Shown piece by piece: positions 51,036 through 64,000 of a stretch of DNA of 64,000 nucleotides (its first letter is position 1; each line of letters opens with the position of its first letter). Source of the DNA: Felis catus (lineage: Eukaryota); contig NC_058368.1 of NCBI RefSeq assembly GCF_018350175.1, positions 228,968,001 to 229,032,000 of the forward strand, given 5' to 3'. A program made the position numbers and the translations under genes. The notes beneath the pieces are model-generated. The model was not told where the DNA came from. It worked only from the letters and a program-made list of their open reading frames with translations, and searched no databases.

Positions 51036-52376
51036 ACACCTGATGTAGTAAAGTCTGAGACACGAAAAGATCAATCAGTCCTGCTGAAAAAAAAACAAAC
51101 AAAACTAACTCATTCTTGCCAAGACAATTAAATGCAGCAGAAACCGTGAAAAGATATTTCCTTGTGTTAAATAACAGTTTTTGTATCCTACCAAATGCTA
51201 TTTGGTGTATAAGAGGGGAAGAGGTCCCTGGTTATTTCTGTCTCATAAAAAAACGATTTCTCACTTAAAAATTTTTCTCTAGCTGAACGTCATTAAGTGG
51301 GTGAATTAAATGTTTCCGATAAAAGGCAAATATTTAATGATCCACTTTGGGAAGTCATTTGCACGAATTTCTGAAAGATAACGCAGTATCAGCAGTTCTA
51401 CATTAGTACTAATAGGGCTGAAGAGGAAAATGTAGACACCAGTCCTATATTACAGACTTGGTTCTCCACCAGCTATAAAGCGAAACAAACGCGCATTGTG
51501 TTCGGACCTGACACACGTGGCTTGTTCAAATACCTTCAAACAACAAGCATCAAGGGCAAGGCTCTTTTACTTTCTAGGGCAATTTGTATACGGGGAGGGA
51601 GACTAATAGTGGTTTAACTGCTCCGTTTTCAAAATTGTGCTTGTGACGATCCTGCCATGATAAAGTGGTTCGCCCAACACTTTTTGTTTTTTTTTTTGGC
51701 AGACTGGTCTAGCAAACCTATGGCAAAGAGGTCATCACTGCTAGGATTCAGAGCAGTATTTTTAAGACTTTGTGATCTCTGTCATGGTTTAGACAAAGTG
51801 GAAATGTCTTTCCTTTTCTCAGGCTGAAAAAGATCCTAGGGAAAAAATTATGGGAGAAGAGAGAGAGAGAGTCTGTTCATCAAGTCAAGGGCATATGGGC
51901 AGTAAGCATATTACAAGGCTAATCTCCGTGTTCTCCCATGTGGCCACCGCTGGTGGAGACCAGAAGGCATCTTTCCCGCCAGGGCCCTCAGTGCCTAGGT
52001 CTTTGCCATGTATTTCCGGCAGCGTTGGGGGGAGCGCCCTGCAGTTCCATATCTCAGAACAGCTTAGAGCAAAAGTCACCATCTGGATTGCATTATTGAC
52101 TTTTTTTTCTGCCTTCCTCAACTCTTAGAGGTGTTCATACTTTATCCAGATCCTCCTTTCCCATAGGATTAATGTTTTTTTCTTCTCTGAATGATTGGTC
52201 CCAGGCCAATCTTTTTCTGTGTGAAATTAAAAAACAAACAAACAAACCTCACCCAGAGCTATCAGTGGCACTTCACAATGCTGTCCATCAAGCCCTTTCC
52301 ATAGAGAGGGAAGTTTTGGGAGCTTCTGGGAGCTTTGCAGCTGGGGATGCTCTGCTGTTAAAAACCTTTGACACTC

Positions 52377-52587
52377 AGGGCACCTGGGAGGCTCAGTCAA
52401 TTAAATATCTGATTCTGGATTTTGGCTCAAGTGATCCCAGGATTGTGGGATCAAGTCTCACATTGGCTTCCATGCTGAGTGTGGAGCCTACTTGAGATTC
52501 TCTCTCTCTCTTCCCTCCGTCTGCCCCTCTCTCTCCTGCTCACACGCATTCTCTTTCTGAAGAAATAAAAATAAAAATAAAAAATAA
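52377..52587 (+). mobile_element. Can-SINE (older type)
   Basis: TSD aacctttgacact / aacttttgacact. Confidence 0.94.
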
Positions 52588-52739
52588 TAACTTTTGACAC
52601 TAGATACATTCTGAAGGAGATCATTTCCTGTTGGATGAGATCCTAAATGCTGCACAAGGCTGTTCAATTTTCACATAGTCTCCATGGTTTTCACCAGCTC
52701 TTAAGGGGAATAAATGCCAATGTATGTTTACATATTGCT

Positions 52740-53522
52740 TTTCTTAAATAGATTTTTTAGAACAATTTAGGTTCACAGAAAAATTTAAGAGAAGGTACAG
52801 AGATGCCTCATCTATCCCTTGCCCCCACATATGTACCACCTTCCCCACTATTAAAATCCTGCCCCAGACGGATACCTTTGTTACAATCAGTGATCCTACT
52901 GACATATCATTGTCACCCAAAGTTCTGTAGCTTACATTAGAGTGCACTCTTGGTGTTGTGCATTTAAAGAAGTTTAGACGAGTGTATAATGGCTCTAGCC
53001 ACTACCACAGTGTCATACAGAATCGTTTCACTGCCTTAAAATTCCTCTGTGTTCTCTCCATTCATCCCTCCCTCTCCCCAACCCTGGCAACTACTGATAC
53101 GTCTATGTCCATAGTGTTTTGCTTTTTCCAGAATGTCATTTGGTTTAAATCATACAGAATGCAGCTTTTTTTTAGACTGGCTTCTTTCCCTTAGTTATAA
53201 GCATTTAAGTTCCTCTATGTGTTTCCATGGTTTGAAAGCTCATTTCTTTTTAGTGCTGAATAATATCCCACTGTCTGGATATACCATGGTTTATTTATCC
53301 ATTCACCTACTAAAGGGCATTTTGGTTGTCTTCAAGTTTTGGCAATTTTGAATAAAGCTGCTATAAACATCTGCGTGCAAGTGTTTGTGTAGACATAAGT
53401 TTTTAACTCCTTAGTGTAAACACCAATGGGTGTGATTGCTGGATCATATGAGAAATGTATGGTTAATTTTGTAACAAACTGTCAGGCAGTATTCCAGAGT
53501 AGCATTTTGTATTCTCAACACA
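52740..53522 (-). mobile_element. L1MC-like 3' end, antisense
   Basis: ttttagaacaatttaggttcacagaaaaatt, cccctggcaactactgat, aataaagctgctataaacatc. Confidence 0.85.
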
Positions 53523-53534
53523 TTTTTAAATACT

Positions 53535-53760
53535 TTTTTACAATATATTTTTTTAAAATTAGTTTATTTAGTTTTGAGAGAGAGAGAGAGAATGAGAACA
53601 CGCAGGGGAGGGGCAGAGAGAGGGAGACACAAAATTCCAAGCAGGTTCCTCGCTGTCAGCGCAGAGCCTGAGGTGGGGCTCAAAACCACAAACTGCGGGA
53701 TCATGACCTGAGCCAAGATCAGGACTTGGATGCTTAACCAACTGAGCCACCAGGCACCCC
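53535..53760 (-). mobile_element. Can-SINE
   Basis: Full body ending gagccaccaggcacccc. Confidence 0.94.
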
Positions 53761-54363
53761 ACCTCTTTTTAAACAGTATTAGTTGTAACTTGTTTTATTC
53801 AAGCGATATCTCTCCAAATAGAGGTTATAAGCTTCCTAAAAGTTATATTATACGTCTTATTTTTCAATCTTTATGTATTCTGAAACTAGTGTGTCTGCAG
53901 GATAGTAAGGACTGAGGACTTATTACTTAACAATTGTATTATTAACAAAAAAGTTATGTTTTGTACCAATAGAAAAAGACGTGACTTTTCAGTATTTGCC
54001 ATATTTCATAGTTAAGAAAATGTTTTGCTACTAAAATAATATAATTATTCTTGTATCACTTCAAAAATTTCTTCAAGCTTCAGACTTTTTATTCCAAATG
54101 AAGCTATAAATCAGATCCTTATCATATTACCAGTTATTGCACAATTCCCTAAAATGATCTTAATTCTAACTTTTTAATTATTTAAACATTATCTTTAAAA
54201 GTAATTATTCTATTCTACTTCCCTGTGTTTTTTAAATTATAAAATCCTTGAAAACACATGTATCTAAAGACAGTAATTAATGGCACATTAAAATATATTA
54301 CTATTGACTTTATTGTTTAAGATTCCTCTGTATAACTTACCTCTACAATAGTTTATTCCTGAA

Positions 54364-54364
<1 letters not shown>

Positions 54365-54402
<38 letters not shown>
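54365..54402. repeat. (CA)19 microsatellite
   Basis: Directly visible. Confidence 0.95.
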
Positions 54403-54405
<3 letters not shown>

Positions 54406-54647
54406 TTATCCCCCCACCCACACATCTTTCTGGTCAAGCTTAATTTTAATCTGAAACTTTACTCAAATCACTTCTTTTTTTCTCTAAGCCTTCAACAATT
54501 TATATACATTAACTCAGATATTCCATTTAAAGAGAATTTTTCACCTATTATCACTTTTCTAATGATATTTAGTAGAATGTATATATTCTACTCACTTTCT
54601 AATAAATTCTTTACAATTTTAATTCAGACATAAATTAGATATGATTT

Positions 54648-54818
54648 TTAAAACATTAAGGTTTATTTATTTTTGAGAGAGAGAGACAGAGCGTGAGCAG
54701 GGGAAGGACAGAGAGAGAGGGAGACACAGAATCCAAAGCAGGCTTGAACTCACGGACTCCAAGATCATGACCTGAGCCAAAGTCAACTGCTTAACCGACT
54801 GAGCCACCCAGGTGCCCC
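54648..54818 (-). mobile_element. Can-SINE with internal deletion
   Basis: TSD agatatgattt (54637-54647 / 54819-54829). Confidence 0.94.
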
Positions 54819-56158
54819 AGATATGATTTCTTTTATACCGAGGCCTATTTCATAAAAAACTATAAAAATATATTAACAGACAAAACCTGACAAACTGGCA
54901 GTGGACAAAAATATGAAATATTTCTTATCAACCTGTCATTTCCCTGGTGGGCAAACAGCAGGAGTCTCTTCTCCACAACTCCATTAGCCAAAACAGTACT
55001 AGGATTAAGAGTCATACGGATGGTGTAAGCAGAGTGACATCACCTGGATCGCAATGTATGAAGTGCAAAAAACTGAGCATACAGAATCATTGCAAGCTTG
55101 AGGCCATCATAGTTGGAGTATATAAAGTGAAAATGTCCATGGTTGTTATTCCAAATAAAGCTTGAAACAGTGCTTTCAAACACATTTGTGTTCTTTAACA
55201 AATCAGCCTGTTAGAAATTTAGCACAAAGATAGGCAAGAGAATAAATTATGTTCTCTAACTCAACATCATGTTTCACACTGTGCTGTATTGTTTTAAATA
55301 TAGGAATATAATGAAAATCAGCATGCCCCTTGTTCTTAAAATGTTTTATTGTTTTTTCTATTTGATTATCGTTCATATCTACACTTGTATCTATAATTAT
55401 ATTCGTATCACTCTTAGGCATACATCGTATGCTATTTTCTATTTGTTTACGAGTCAACCTAAAAATCAGTCTCTATTAACTGTATTCATTTGATAGTGAG
55501 CATGAATTAATTTAGATGTTGTTGCCTTTTTGTCGCTGATCGATTATTCACATCAATGACTATGTGTATTAGGTAACTGATAGGAGATACTTGCTTCTGT
55601 TTCGGCATTCGAGGAGAGTTGAGAGTAGCACATTAGCATTTGAGGGGAAATATTTAATGATAGTCCTCTTTGTCTACACATGAATTAATACTAGGACTTT
55701 TTCTGTTAGTCTTCAGCTGTTGAGATTTTGCATTGGATTTAAACAAATGACAAAGATTTGAAAATCAAACTTTAAATATGTTTATCTCTGTATTTGAACA
55801 TCCCAAAGGATGGGAACAATCAGCCAAAAGGAATTTTTTTTTTGATTACAAGAAAGAAAGAATAAAGAAGGGGAAGGAACAAAGGGATAGAGGAAGGGAA
55901 ATAGAATTGAGTTGTTTTTTTTATGTTTGTGAAAATATTCTTATGACAGAGATTAACCAGGAATGAATACACAGTCTAGTGTGTTTTAAAGTCATTTCTC
56001 AATTAGTTTTGGTTGTATATACAATAAGTAGTTAAAGATAGTGTAATGTGCTGAGTTGTATATATCCATTTTAATCTTCTTATTCAAATTTTCTAACGCA
56101 AGATTTTATTTTGAAATGTAACATTTCATCCAAACGTCATTTAAAAAATGAGATTGTT

Positions 56159-56376
56159 GGGGTGCCTGGGTGGCGCAGTCGGTTTAGCGTCCGACTTCAG
56201 CCAGGTCACGATCTCGTGGTCCGGGAGTTCAAGCCCCGCGTCGGGCTCTGGGCTGATGGCTCAGAGCCTGGAGCCTGTTTCCAATTCTGTGTCTCCCTCT
56301 CTCTCTGCCCCTCCCCCGTTCATGCTCTGTCTCTCTCTGTCCCAAAAATAAATAAAGGCTGAAAAAAAATTTTTTT
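56159..56376 (+). mobile_element. Young felid Can-SINE (SINEC_Fc-like)
   Basis: TSD aaaaatgagattgt; cagccaggtcacgatc variant. Confidence 0.97.
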
Positions 56377-57839
56377 AAAAATGAGATTGTGTAACACAGG
56401 AGGCTCTTTTTGATGATTTAAGGGGGTATTGAAAGACCCAGTTGAACTATCCTGACATCTTTCTTTGCAAACAATAGCTTGTTCCACTGGGTTATTCTTT
56501 AGATGTTTTCTACAGGTATCTTTTATCTGTTCAACTACCCAATTTTATATATACATACTCTTTTCTGAAGTATCTCCAGGGGTATTCTTTAATTTAAAGG
56601 TTAGAATTTGACTTTTTCTTAGTTTAAGTAATTGGTGCTAAACTCATATTAGAAACAACTATGCCAAGTGCATATTATCTTCAGAGAACATTCTTTTCTA
56701 AGTTTCTCTTTAGACAAACACTGTAACATCTTGAATTCTCGTGAATCACCTTAATATAAAGAAAAAATATAATAAAATAAAAAGAAACAGCTAAAAATCA
56801 CAATGCCTTGAATTATATGATATGGCATAATGAATCAAGTATCAGTCTCAGAGTTATGAGATCAGTAGTGCTCTCCTCCTTTGACACAAAATACCACTGT
56901 GTTATTCAGAAATTCATTTATTTTATCTGGATTTAATCATGATTTTACAATAGAATTTTTGGCTAGTCTATGTCTACTAACCCTTATAGCCCTGGCATTC
57001 TTTAATAATACATTAGCAGTTTTGAGACACAAGGAGAACATAATCTACATAGGCAATAGTAACCCTGAAGATGCCAAACCATTTGAGGCTAGAAAAATGT
57101 AGATTCTAGAACAATAATGTTAAACTTTGCATTCAAAATCTGAGTGTTTCCGATGAGGGTCTAAACTTCTGGCTCCACTGAATTTTATCTTTTGCCATGA
57201 TGCCCTAAATGGGATGGTTATAAAAAAAAAATCTTCATTCTATATTTGTATCTAACACCCTAAAATTACAGGTCTGAAATTACAGCAATGCTTTCTTAAT
57301 TTTGGCTCTATCCTTTTAATTAGCTGTACAGGAACAATAACAATAAACAAATATTCCAAGTTCCCCCCCCCCACCCCTCCCCAACACCTTCCAGATAAGT
57401 CACTGATTTTTGTTTCAAATATTTATTAAAAAATGTGTCCAAGAGACTCTACTTTGTAGCAAAACAGAAGTTCCAGATTTGTACAAGCCATTCTTTATTA
57501 TCGTTTTTCTCTTTTTCTCCCTAAATGAGAGCACTGCTCTGATTTCGCTTCTTGATTAACCAATTCTTAGCCATTTAACTTGGATATAATACTTTAGAAA
57601 GATGTTGAGAATCATATAAGAACATGCTTAACACAGCATGCAGCACTAACTAGATCAGTTCTGTTATATAAACTTTGTGTTTTATTTGCTGTTTCAAACC
57701 TTATTCCAAATTAAAATTCAAGAATCAAAAAAAAACCCATGTATTTTTAAATGTAAATGTAAACAAACCTATATTCTAGATCCCTTTAACTTGTGTTGCC
57801 TTGTGTCACTTTGAGTGAAACTTAAGAACAGACTGTGCA

Positions 57840-58030
57840 GGGGTGGCTGGGTGGCTCGGCTGATTAAGTGTCTGACTTCAGCTCAGGTCATGATCTTGCC
57901 ATCAGTGAGTCTGAGCCCTGCTTCAGATTCTGTGCCTCCCTCTCTCTCTCTGCCTGCCCCTCCCCACCCCCACTCATGTTCTGTCTCTGTCTCTCAAAAA
58001 TGAATAAATGTTAAAAAAATTAAAAAAGAG
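57840..58030 (+). mobile_element. Can-SINE with internal deletion
   Basis: TSD aagaacagactg / aagaatagactg. Confidence 0.93.
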
Positions 58031-61000
58031 AAGAATAGACTGCACCCATACCTCCCAAATTGTAAAAGAGATTAAGGTGTGATCAAGCTGAGAAATGGAC
58101 AATTCTATCACCAGAAACTCTGAAAAACTAGTTTCATGTGGAAACCATGTACCACACAGGAAGCATATAATTTTTCATTGGTTTATGGGCAGAAAATAGC
58201 ATTAATTTTAACTATTTATTTTTCTCATAAATGGCTATTTGGTTTCTAAAATAAACTTAATATGCTTGTAGCATGTGTATAGATGTAACAAAATATATGC
58301 ACGTAATCAGGCATATTGAGGATTCATCTTCCAAATGCTTACTTCTTGTGTGAAGAATCAAAACATTGGATTTTTACCCTATTTACACCATATACTCTCC
58401 TATGTAGTCTCAATGTCTGGCCCACTCTCTGCCACATGTTAGATATCTAGCAATTAACTAAATGGTCTATCATTCTATAATGAAATTTCTGGCTGAAAAT
58501 TATCAGGACTCAATTACCATAATCCAACTAGAATGTTAAGTTTTATTGAGAATCCCTCTTCATGTCAATTTTGCCTAGAATATCCTGTGTTGTCCTAAAC
58601 CTCTCCGGGATTATATTTTAAGAGACATATACATTGGATGAACTTTTTCAAATTTACTACCCAATATTCACATATATACTTTTTAGACTATCCGAACATT
58701 TACCAGAAACTTGAAGTGACTTGGAATTGAATGTTGTCTATTTGTGCCTTGCTTGAAGTCATAGGAGGAAGACTCAATATCACAAATGTGCCTTATCTCA
58801 TGTTTTCTGAACTTCCAAACCATGCTGCATTAGTGTACCTAAAACTTTATTAAGCATTTTTGTGAAATCTTTTTTCTTTGCCCCGAGCTTACAGAAAACA
58901 CAAATAATTCACAATATCCTGGCAGGAATAGAATGTTGCTTCATCCTGATGGCATGAAATCATAATTATAAGTGTTTGTCATTAAAACTACAGTGGAGAA
59001 TAAGCATATTCTGTACTTTGTTTAACATTTTAAAAAGAGAATTTGAGATTAGCTCTGAGCTGTACATAGCCTGGTATTTTAATTAAAAGTGGAGACTATA
59101 AAGCCATTTATAAAAGCAATACAAAATTAGCAGGTTATTTAATTTTTACTTTCATGTCCCATTTCTCAAACTGCCTTAGGGATTATTTTGAAGACTGTGC
59201 TTGTCATTTTACCATAGAAGATAATATAATATATTCTTGGGAGATGCTCATTGTAATGAAACTACAAAAAAGTTGTGACCCTCTTAATGAAACATACTAT
59301 AGATTTTCAATCTTTGTTACATCTGAATTCTAGTTTAAAATGCCCTCAGTAAATGGTATTTTTTATTCTAGTACAGTACCGTCTTTCTCCAAAAATAAAG
59401 AATTCCTAGCAATTTTAAGTTTTGGAATGTCCCTGTGTACAATGGCTGAAAGCAAGAAGTTGATATCAAGCAAAAACAGTGTATCCGTATAACTTGTGCT
59501 GGTAGAGTCTTGAAATACTAGTTTTCGTTACCTAGGTTTCTGTTTCACATGTTGTGTACATTATACTTCGTCATGGCACTAGAATGTACCTTTGGATATC
59601 GCCTCAAGTTAAAAATGACCATACAGCATCCATACTTAATGGTTCTTGAAGTAAATATGCAAAACCAGGAATAAAAGACCTAATAAAAATAATTAACATT
59701 TAGAATAAAAAAGAGTAACATGATAAATGGAATATTTGGAAAACTGCAAATATCTCACTATTAAAAATGAGGGTGAAAAAAGGCAGAATAAAATTTTTGA
59801 AGCGATGCTAAATTTTCCCCCATATTGTTTATTTTTGCTTGAAGATAACAATAAAAATGGTGTTGTCTGTTTAAAAGGCTTACTAACAATATCCTAAGAT
59901 ATTAATGAGTAACTCATCAAAGAGAGAAACTCACTTAAGAAGCAGTACTTGATTTAGATAGCTGATCTATTGCCACAACATGAAAGATGTTTATTTTTTT
60001 GGTGGCTGGAAAAGTCCAGCCTACAAAAGAGTTTTTTTAATAAACTCTTCAAAATAATAGCTTAAATTTACAGAAAAATTGAAAATAGTACCAAGAATTC
60101 CTTTATGCAATATATCCAGTTTTCCTTGATAATATTTTAAATTAGAATTGTGTATTTGTCAAATTGAGCCAATATTGATACATTATTTTTTAACTAAAAT
60201 CTATACTTCTTTCATATTTCCTTAGTTTGTACTAAATGCCCTTTTTCTCTTCTAGCATTTCATTCAGGATACCACACTACAGTCAGTATTCTTGAGGTAG
60301 CCTTCTATAGTTCATAGCCTTCTCTTGGCTATGATAGTATCCCAGAATTTTCTTATTGTTTGTGACCTTGACAGTTGTGAGGGTAATAATCAGGTATTTT
60401 GGGACTGCCTCCCATAGTGATATGTCTCTGATGTTTTTCCTCATGATTAAACAATGTTATGGGGTTTTGAGAAGAAAGAGGTAAAATGTCATTCTCATCA
60501 TATCATCTCAAGGGTACAAACAATCATCAACTGTCTGTGGTAGTGTAATAGTATTTGCCAGGCTATTGTTTCTAGACTGCAAGATTTTTCTTTTTCCATG
60601 CTTCTATACTGTTTAAAAGGAAGTCACTATGCACAGTCCACAATGAAGGAGCTGAGCAGAATTATAAAAACTCTATGCTAGCGACAGACAACCTACATAT
60701 TCGGTATTATTCTGCGCTTAAGATTTGTCCATTTTCTTTGTCTTATTTATATCTTTAATCATGTATTTATATCAGTGTGAAGTTATAGATATTTTTATAC
60801 TTTGGTCTATAATCTAATACATCTTTGTTATTCAAATTATTCTACTTTGGACCATTGGACCATTGGAAATACTTTCCGTTGGCTCTCATTGACATAGTGG
60901 AGTGTGTATGTTTACTTTCTGATAATCAAAAATACTTCAAGGCTCTATCTTCTATGTTTCCTGTTCAATCCTAGTATCCACCATTTTACTAAGAGTCTAT

Positions 61001-61262
61001 GCTCTTCTTATTGGAGAATAGTATTAGAATCAAGGTTTAGGAACTAGATGTGCTTGTTGCTACTGAAGTATTATTGGTGCTTATAGGTCCTCTCAGTTGA
61101 CAGAGCAAGGGCACACATAGGTATAGTGACCTGTGTATATGCACATATCTACAATTATTTCTATATGCCCCCATATGTGTCAATATTAAGGTAAACAATG
61201 GTTTATATACTTATGTCTCTATCTATAATCCTTACTTAGTAATTGTATCCTAACCTTTTTTT

Positions 61263-61317
61263 ATTTAAAATTTTTAAGAGAAAAAGAGAACACAATGGGA
61301 GAGGGGCAGAATGAGAC

Positions 61318-61374
<57 letters not shown>

Positions 61375-61496
61375 CCCAAACATGCTCCATGCTCAGCATG
61401 AAGTCCAAAATAAGGCTTGATCCCATGACCCTGGGATCATCAACTGAGCCAAAATCAAGAGTCAGACACTCAACTGACTGAGGCACCCAGATGCCC
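61263..61496 (-). mobile_element. Can-SINE (older type) with long (GA)n
   Basis: TSD atcctaaccttttttt / atcctagccttttttt. Confidence 0.94.
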
Positions 61497-62347
61497 ATCC
61501 TAGCCTTTTTTTTCTTGTTGATCTATAACTTCCCAATCCAGCAGTGAGAAAATTGACACCCATCATCTCATTACTTGCTATTTCTTTACTTTATTGTTTA
61601 TTTAAAGAATACATTCTGCATTGCATCCTATAATCCCTAACCTTCTACAAATATAACATATTTTAAAATATATTTAAATATAAATATATATTTAAATATA
61701 TTAAATATATAAGTGTATACTTATATACGAACATCTTGTGTTGTAAATGTCTGTGTCAAATATATAGTCAGGGGTTTGTAACTACCAATAAATTATCACA
61801 CAGAATTGTTTTAAAACCACAAAATGTTCCTATCCTTCATTTGGTTAACACTCTTCCCATAACACCCAACCTCTTGACAACCACTGAACTATTTTATAAT
61901 CACTGTAGTTTTACCTTTTGAACAAGGTCAACTGAGAGATTCAAACTGTATATGGCTTTTCAACTTGGCCTTCATTATGTAGCCATAAGAATGTAAGATT
62001 CATACATGTTTTTCCATGGCTTGAGAGCTCATTCTTTTTATTGTTCAATAGCATACCATCGTATGGATTTACCACCACATATTTTTCTTTCCATTTCTTT
62101 TCTAATCCTTCATAATTAGTAATTGCTTCTAGCTTCTGGAGATTATGAATAAAGTTTTTATTAGCATTTGCATGCAGATTTTTATGTGAGCATAAGTTTC
62201 CCAATGTGTAGGATCAATGTCTAGGATTGTGATTGCTGGATCACATATGGTAAACCTATGTTTACCTGCATAAGAAACTGTCAAACCGCTTTCCAAATTT
62301 GCTCTAGCATTTTTCATTTAACCAGCATTTAAAAAAAAGCTCTTCCT

Positions 62348-62559
62348 GGGGCGCCTGGGTGGCGCAGTCGGTTAAGCGTCCGACTTCAGCCAGGTCACGA
62401 TCTCGCGGTCCTTGACTTCGAGCCCCGCGTCGGGCTCTGGGCTGATGGCTCAGAGCCTGGAGCCTGTTTCCCATTCTGTGTCTCCCTCTCTCTCTGCCCC
62501 TCCCCCGTTCATGCTCTGTCTCTCTCTGTCCCAAAAATAAATAAACGTTGAAAAAAAAT
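62348..62559 (+). mobile_element. Young felid Can-SINE (SINEC_Fc-like)
   Basis: Perfect 16-bp TSD aaaaaaagctcttcct; CpG-rich. Confidence 0.97.
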
Positions 62560-62811
62560 AAAAAAAGCTCTTCCTTCTCTACATCCTCACCAGCATTTGA
62601 TATTGTCAGATTTGTTTTTAATTAGCCATTCTAACAGAATATAATGTTACCTCATATTTAATTTGCTGTTCCCCAATGGCCAGTGGTATTGAGCATGTTT
62701 TCATATACTTATTTACCACCTTTATACCTTCTCTGTTGAGGTATCTCCACTGATTTCTGACATCTATGGTTTCTGATGAAAACTCAGCTGTTTGTCATAT
62801 TGAGAAATCTA

Positions 62812-63432
62812 TGTCCTATTAGTTTACTAGGGCTACCACAGCAAAACACCACAGACTGTGTGGCTTAAAGAACAGAAATTTAGGGGCGCCTGGGTGGCGC
62901 AGTCGGTTAAGCGTCCGATTTCGGCCAGGTCACGATCTCGCGGTCTGTGAGTTCGAGCCCTGCGTCGGGCTCTGGGCTGATGGCTCAGAGCCTGGAGCCT
63001 GTTTCCGATTCTGTGTCTCCCTCTCTCTCTGCCCCTCACGCCGTTCATGCTCTGTCTCTCTCTGTCCCAAAAATAAAAAATAAAACGTTGAAAAAAAACC
63101 CAGAAATTTATTTTTTTCATAATTCTGGAAGCTCAAGTTCAAGATCGAAGTATAAGCAGGATTGATTTCTCCTGAAGTCCTTCTCCCTGGCTTTCATATA
63201 GAGGTCTCTCATTGAGTTCTCACCTGGCCTTTCTTTTGTGCTTATGCATTCCGGTCTCTTCCTCTGCTTACAATGACATCAGTCCTATTATATTAGATTT
63301 CTACCCTTATGACCTCATTTAACTTGAATTACCTTCTTAAAGGATTTATCTCCAAAGTCAGTCATAGCAGGAGTTAGAACTTCAACAGAATTCATAAATT
63401 CTGTTTGGGTGTACACAATTCAATTCATAACA
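62812..63432 (-). mobile_element. MLT1B/C-like MaLR solo LTR interrupted by a SINE
   Basis: agggctaccacagcaaaacaccacagactgtgtggctt, acccttatgacctcatttaactt, cacaattcaattcataaca. Confidence 0.85.
62883..63098 (+). mobile_element. Young felid Can-SINE (SINEC_Fc-like)
   Basis: TSD cagaaattta; CpG-rich. Confidence 0.97.
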
Positions 63433-63940
63433 AATGTAATAAATCATCTCTCTGTTTTTTTTTAAAATCTCTTTTCCTTTATCTTTCAACAGGTTGATTT
63501 TGATGTGAAATTTGAGCTTCTTTGAGTTTATCAAAATTGGCATTGAAATTCTTGGCAGTGTAGATTAATGCTGATCATCAAATTTGAAAAATTTAGGCCA
63601 CTGTTTTTTATAATACTAAATCTCTCTCGCCACTTCCTGGGACTCCATTATGTGTATGTTGGTGTGCTTTATGGTTTTCTAGAGGTCTCTAAGGTTTTGT
63701 TTATTTTTCTTCTTTTTTTTTTTCTGCTTTTAAAATTAGATAACCTCAGTTTTCTCTTGCCAGCTTAAATCTCCCATGATAGCCATTCCAGTGAGGTTTT
63801 CATCAGTCACTATAATTTTCAAGTCTTGAATTTTTATTTGGGTCTCATAATTTTTATAACTTTATGAATATTCTCTATGCAATGCGACATTATTCTCATA
63901 GTTTCCTTTAGTTTGTTTAGCATAATATTATACATTAAAT
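63433..63940 (-). mobile_element. Ancient L1 ORF1 remnant, antisense (continues from 62750-62811)
   Basis: atcaaatttgaaaaatttaggcca, ccattccagtgaggtttt, ataattttcaagtcttgaattttt. Confidence 0.7.
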
Positions 63941-63947
63941 TTTTTTA

Positions 63948-64000
63948 ACCTCAAAATTTATATGTTTGAATTGTAACTCCCAATGTGATTTTATTTGGAG
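63948..64000 (+). mobile_element. Start of an MLT1A-like LTR, cut by window edge
   Basis: cctcaaaatttatatgtttgaattgtaactcccaatgtgattttatttggag. Confidence 0.55.

Larger units (their letters stand above)
60033..62750 (-). mobile_element. Ancient L1 (L1MC/MD-like) long 3' UTR and ORF2 end, antisense, interrupted by two SINEs and an AT tract
   Basis: aaatttacagaaaaattgaaaatagtac, attttttaactaaaatctatactt, tatgaataaag, gattgctggatcacatatggtaa, cctcaccagcatttgatattgtcag; may be two elements. Confidence 0.75.

Noticed and set aside
1..64000. CRISPR array, operon, NUMT or non-retroviral endogenous viral element
   Set aside because: No repeat-spacer array, no long ORFs and no mitochondrial or viral motifs recognised by eye. 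A BLASTx of the repeat-masked sequence would be the decisive test.

Overview
AT-rich, repeat-dense, non-coding mammalian DNA from a felid (cat family). The assignment rests on about 29 tRNA-derived Can-SINE copies or fragments, including five CpG-rich young copies of the felid SINEC_Fc type, and on carnivore-type L1 3' UTRs. I find no supportable host protein-coding exon, RNA gene, NUMT or non-retroviral viral insertion. The listed ORFs are short and mostly overlap microsatellites, SINEs or L1 fragments, and none of the rest resembles a protein I recognise. The window looks like an intergenic region or deep intron built from layered insertions: old L1M, L2, MIR, MER5A, MLT1 and MER21-type LTRs, a decayed ERV-L pol segment (about 46.3-47.6 kb), and a younger 5'-inverted (twin-primed) L1 (16.9-18.9 kb). 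I see no convincing undescribed biological system. The best leads are retrotransposition and rearrangement signatures, a few non-repeat hairpins and one CpG-retaining candidate regulatory patch. Repeat family names come from recalled consensus motifs, not a database search, and the boundaries of old elements are approximate.
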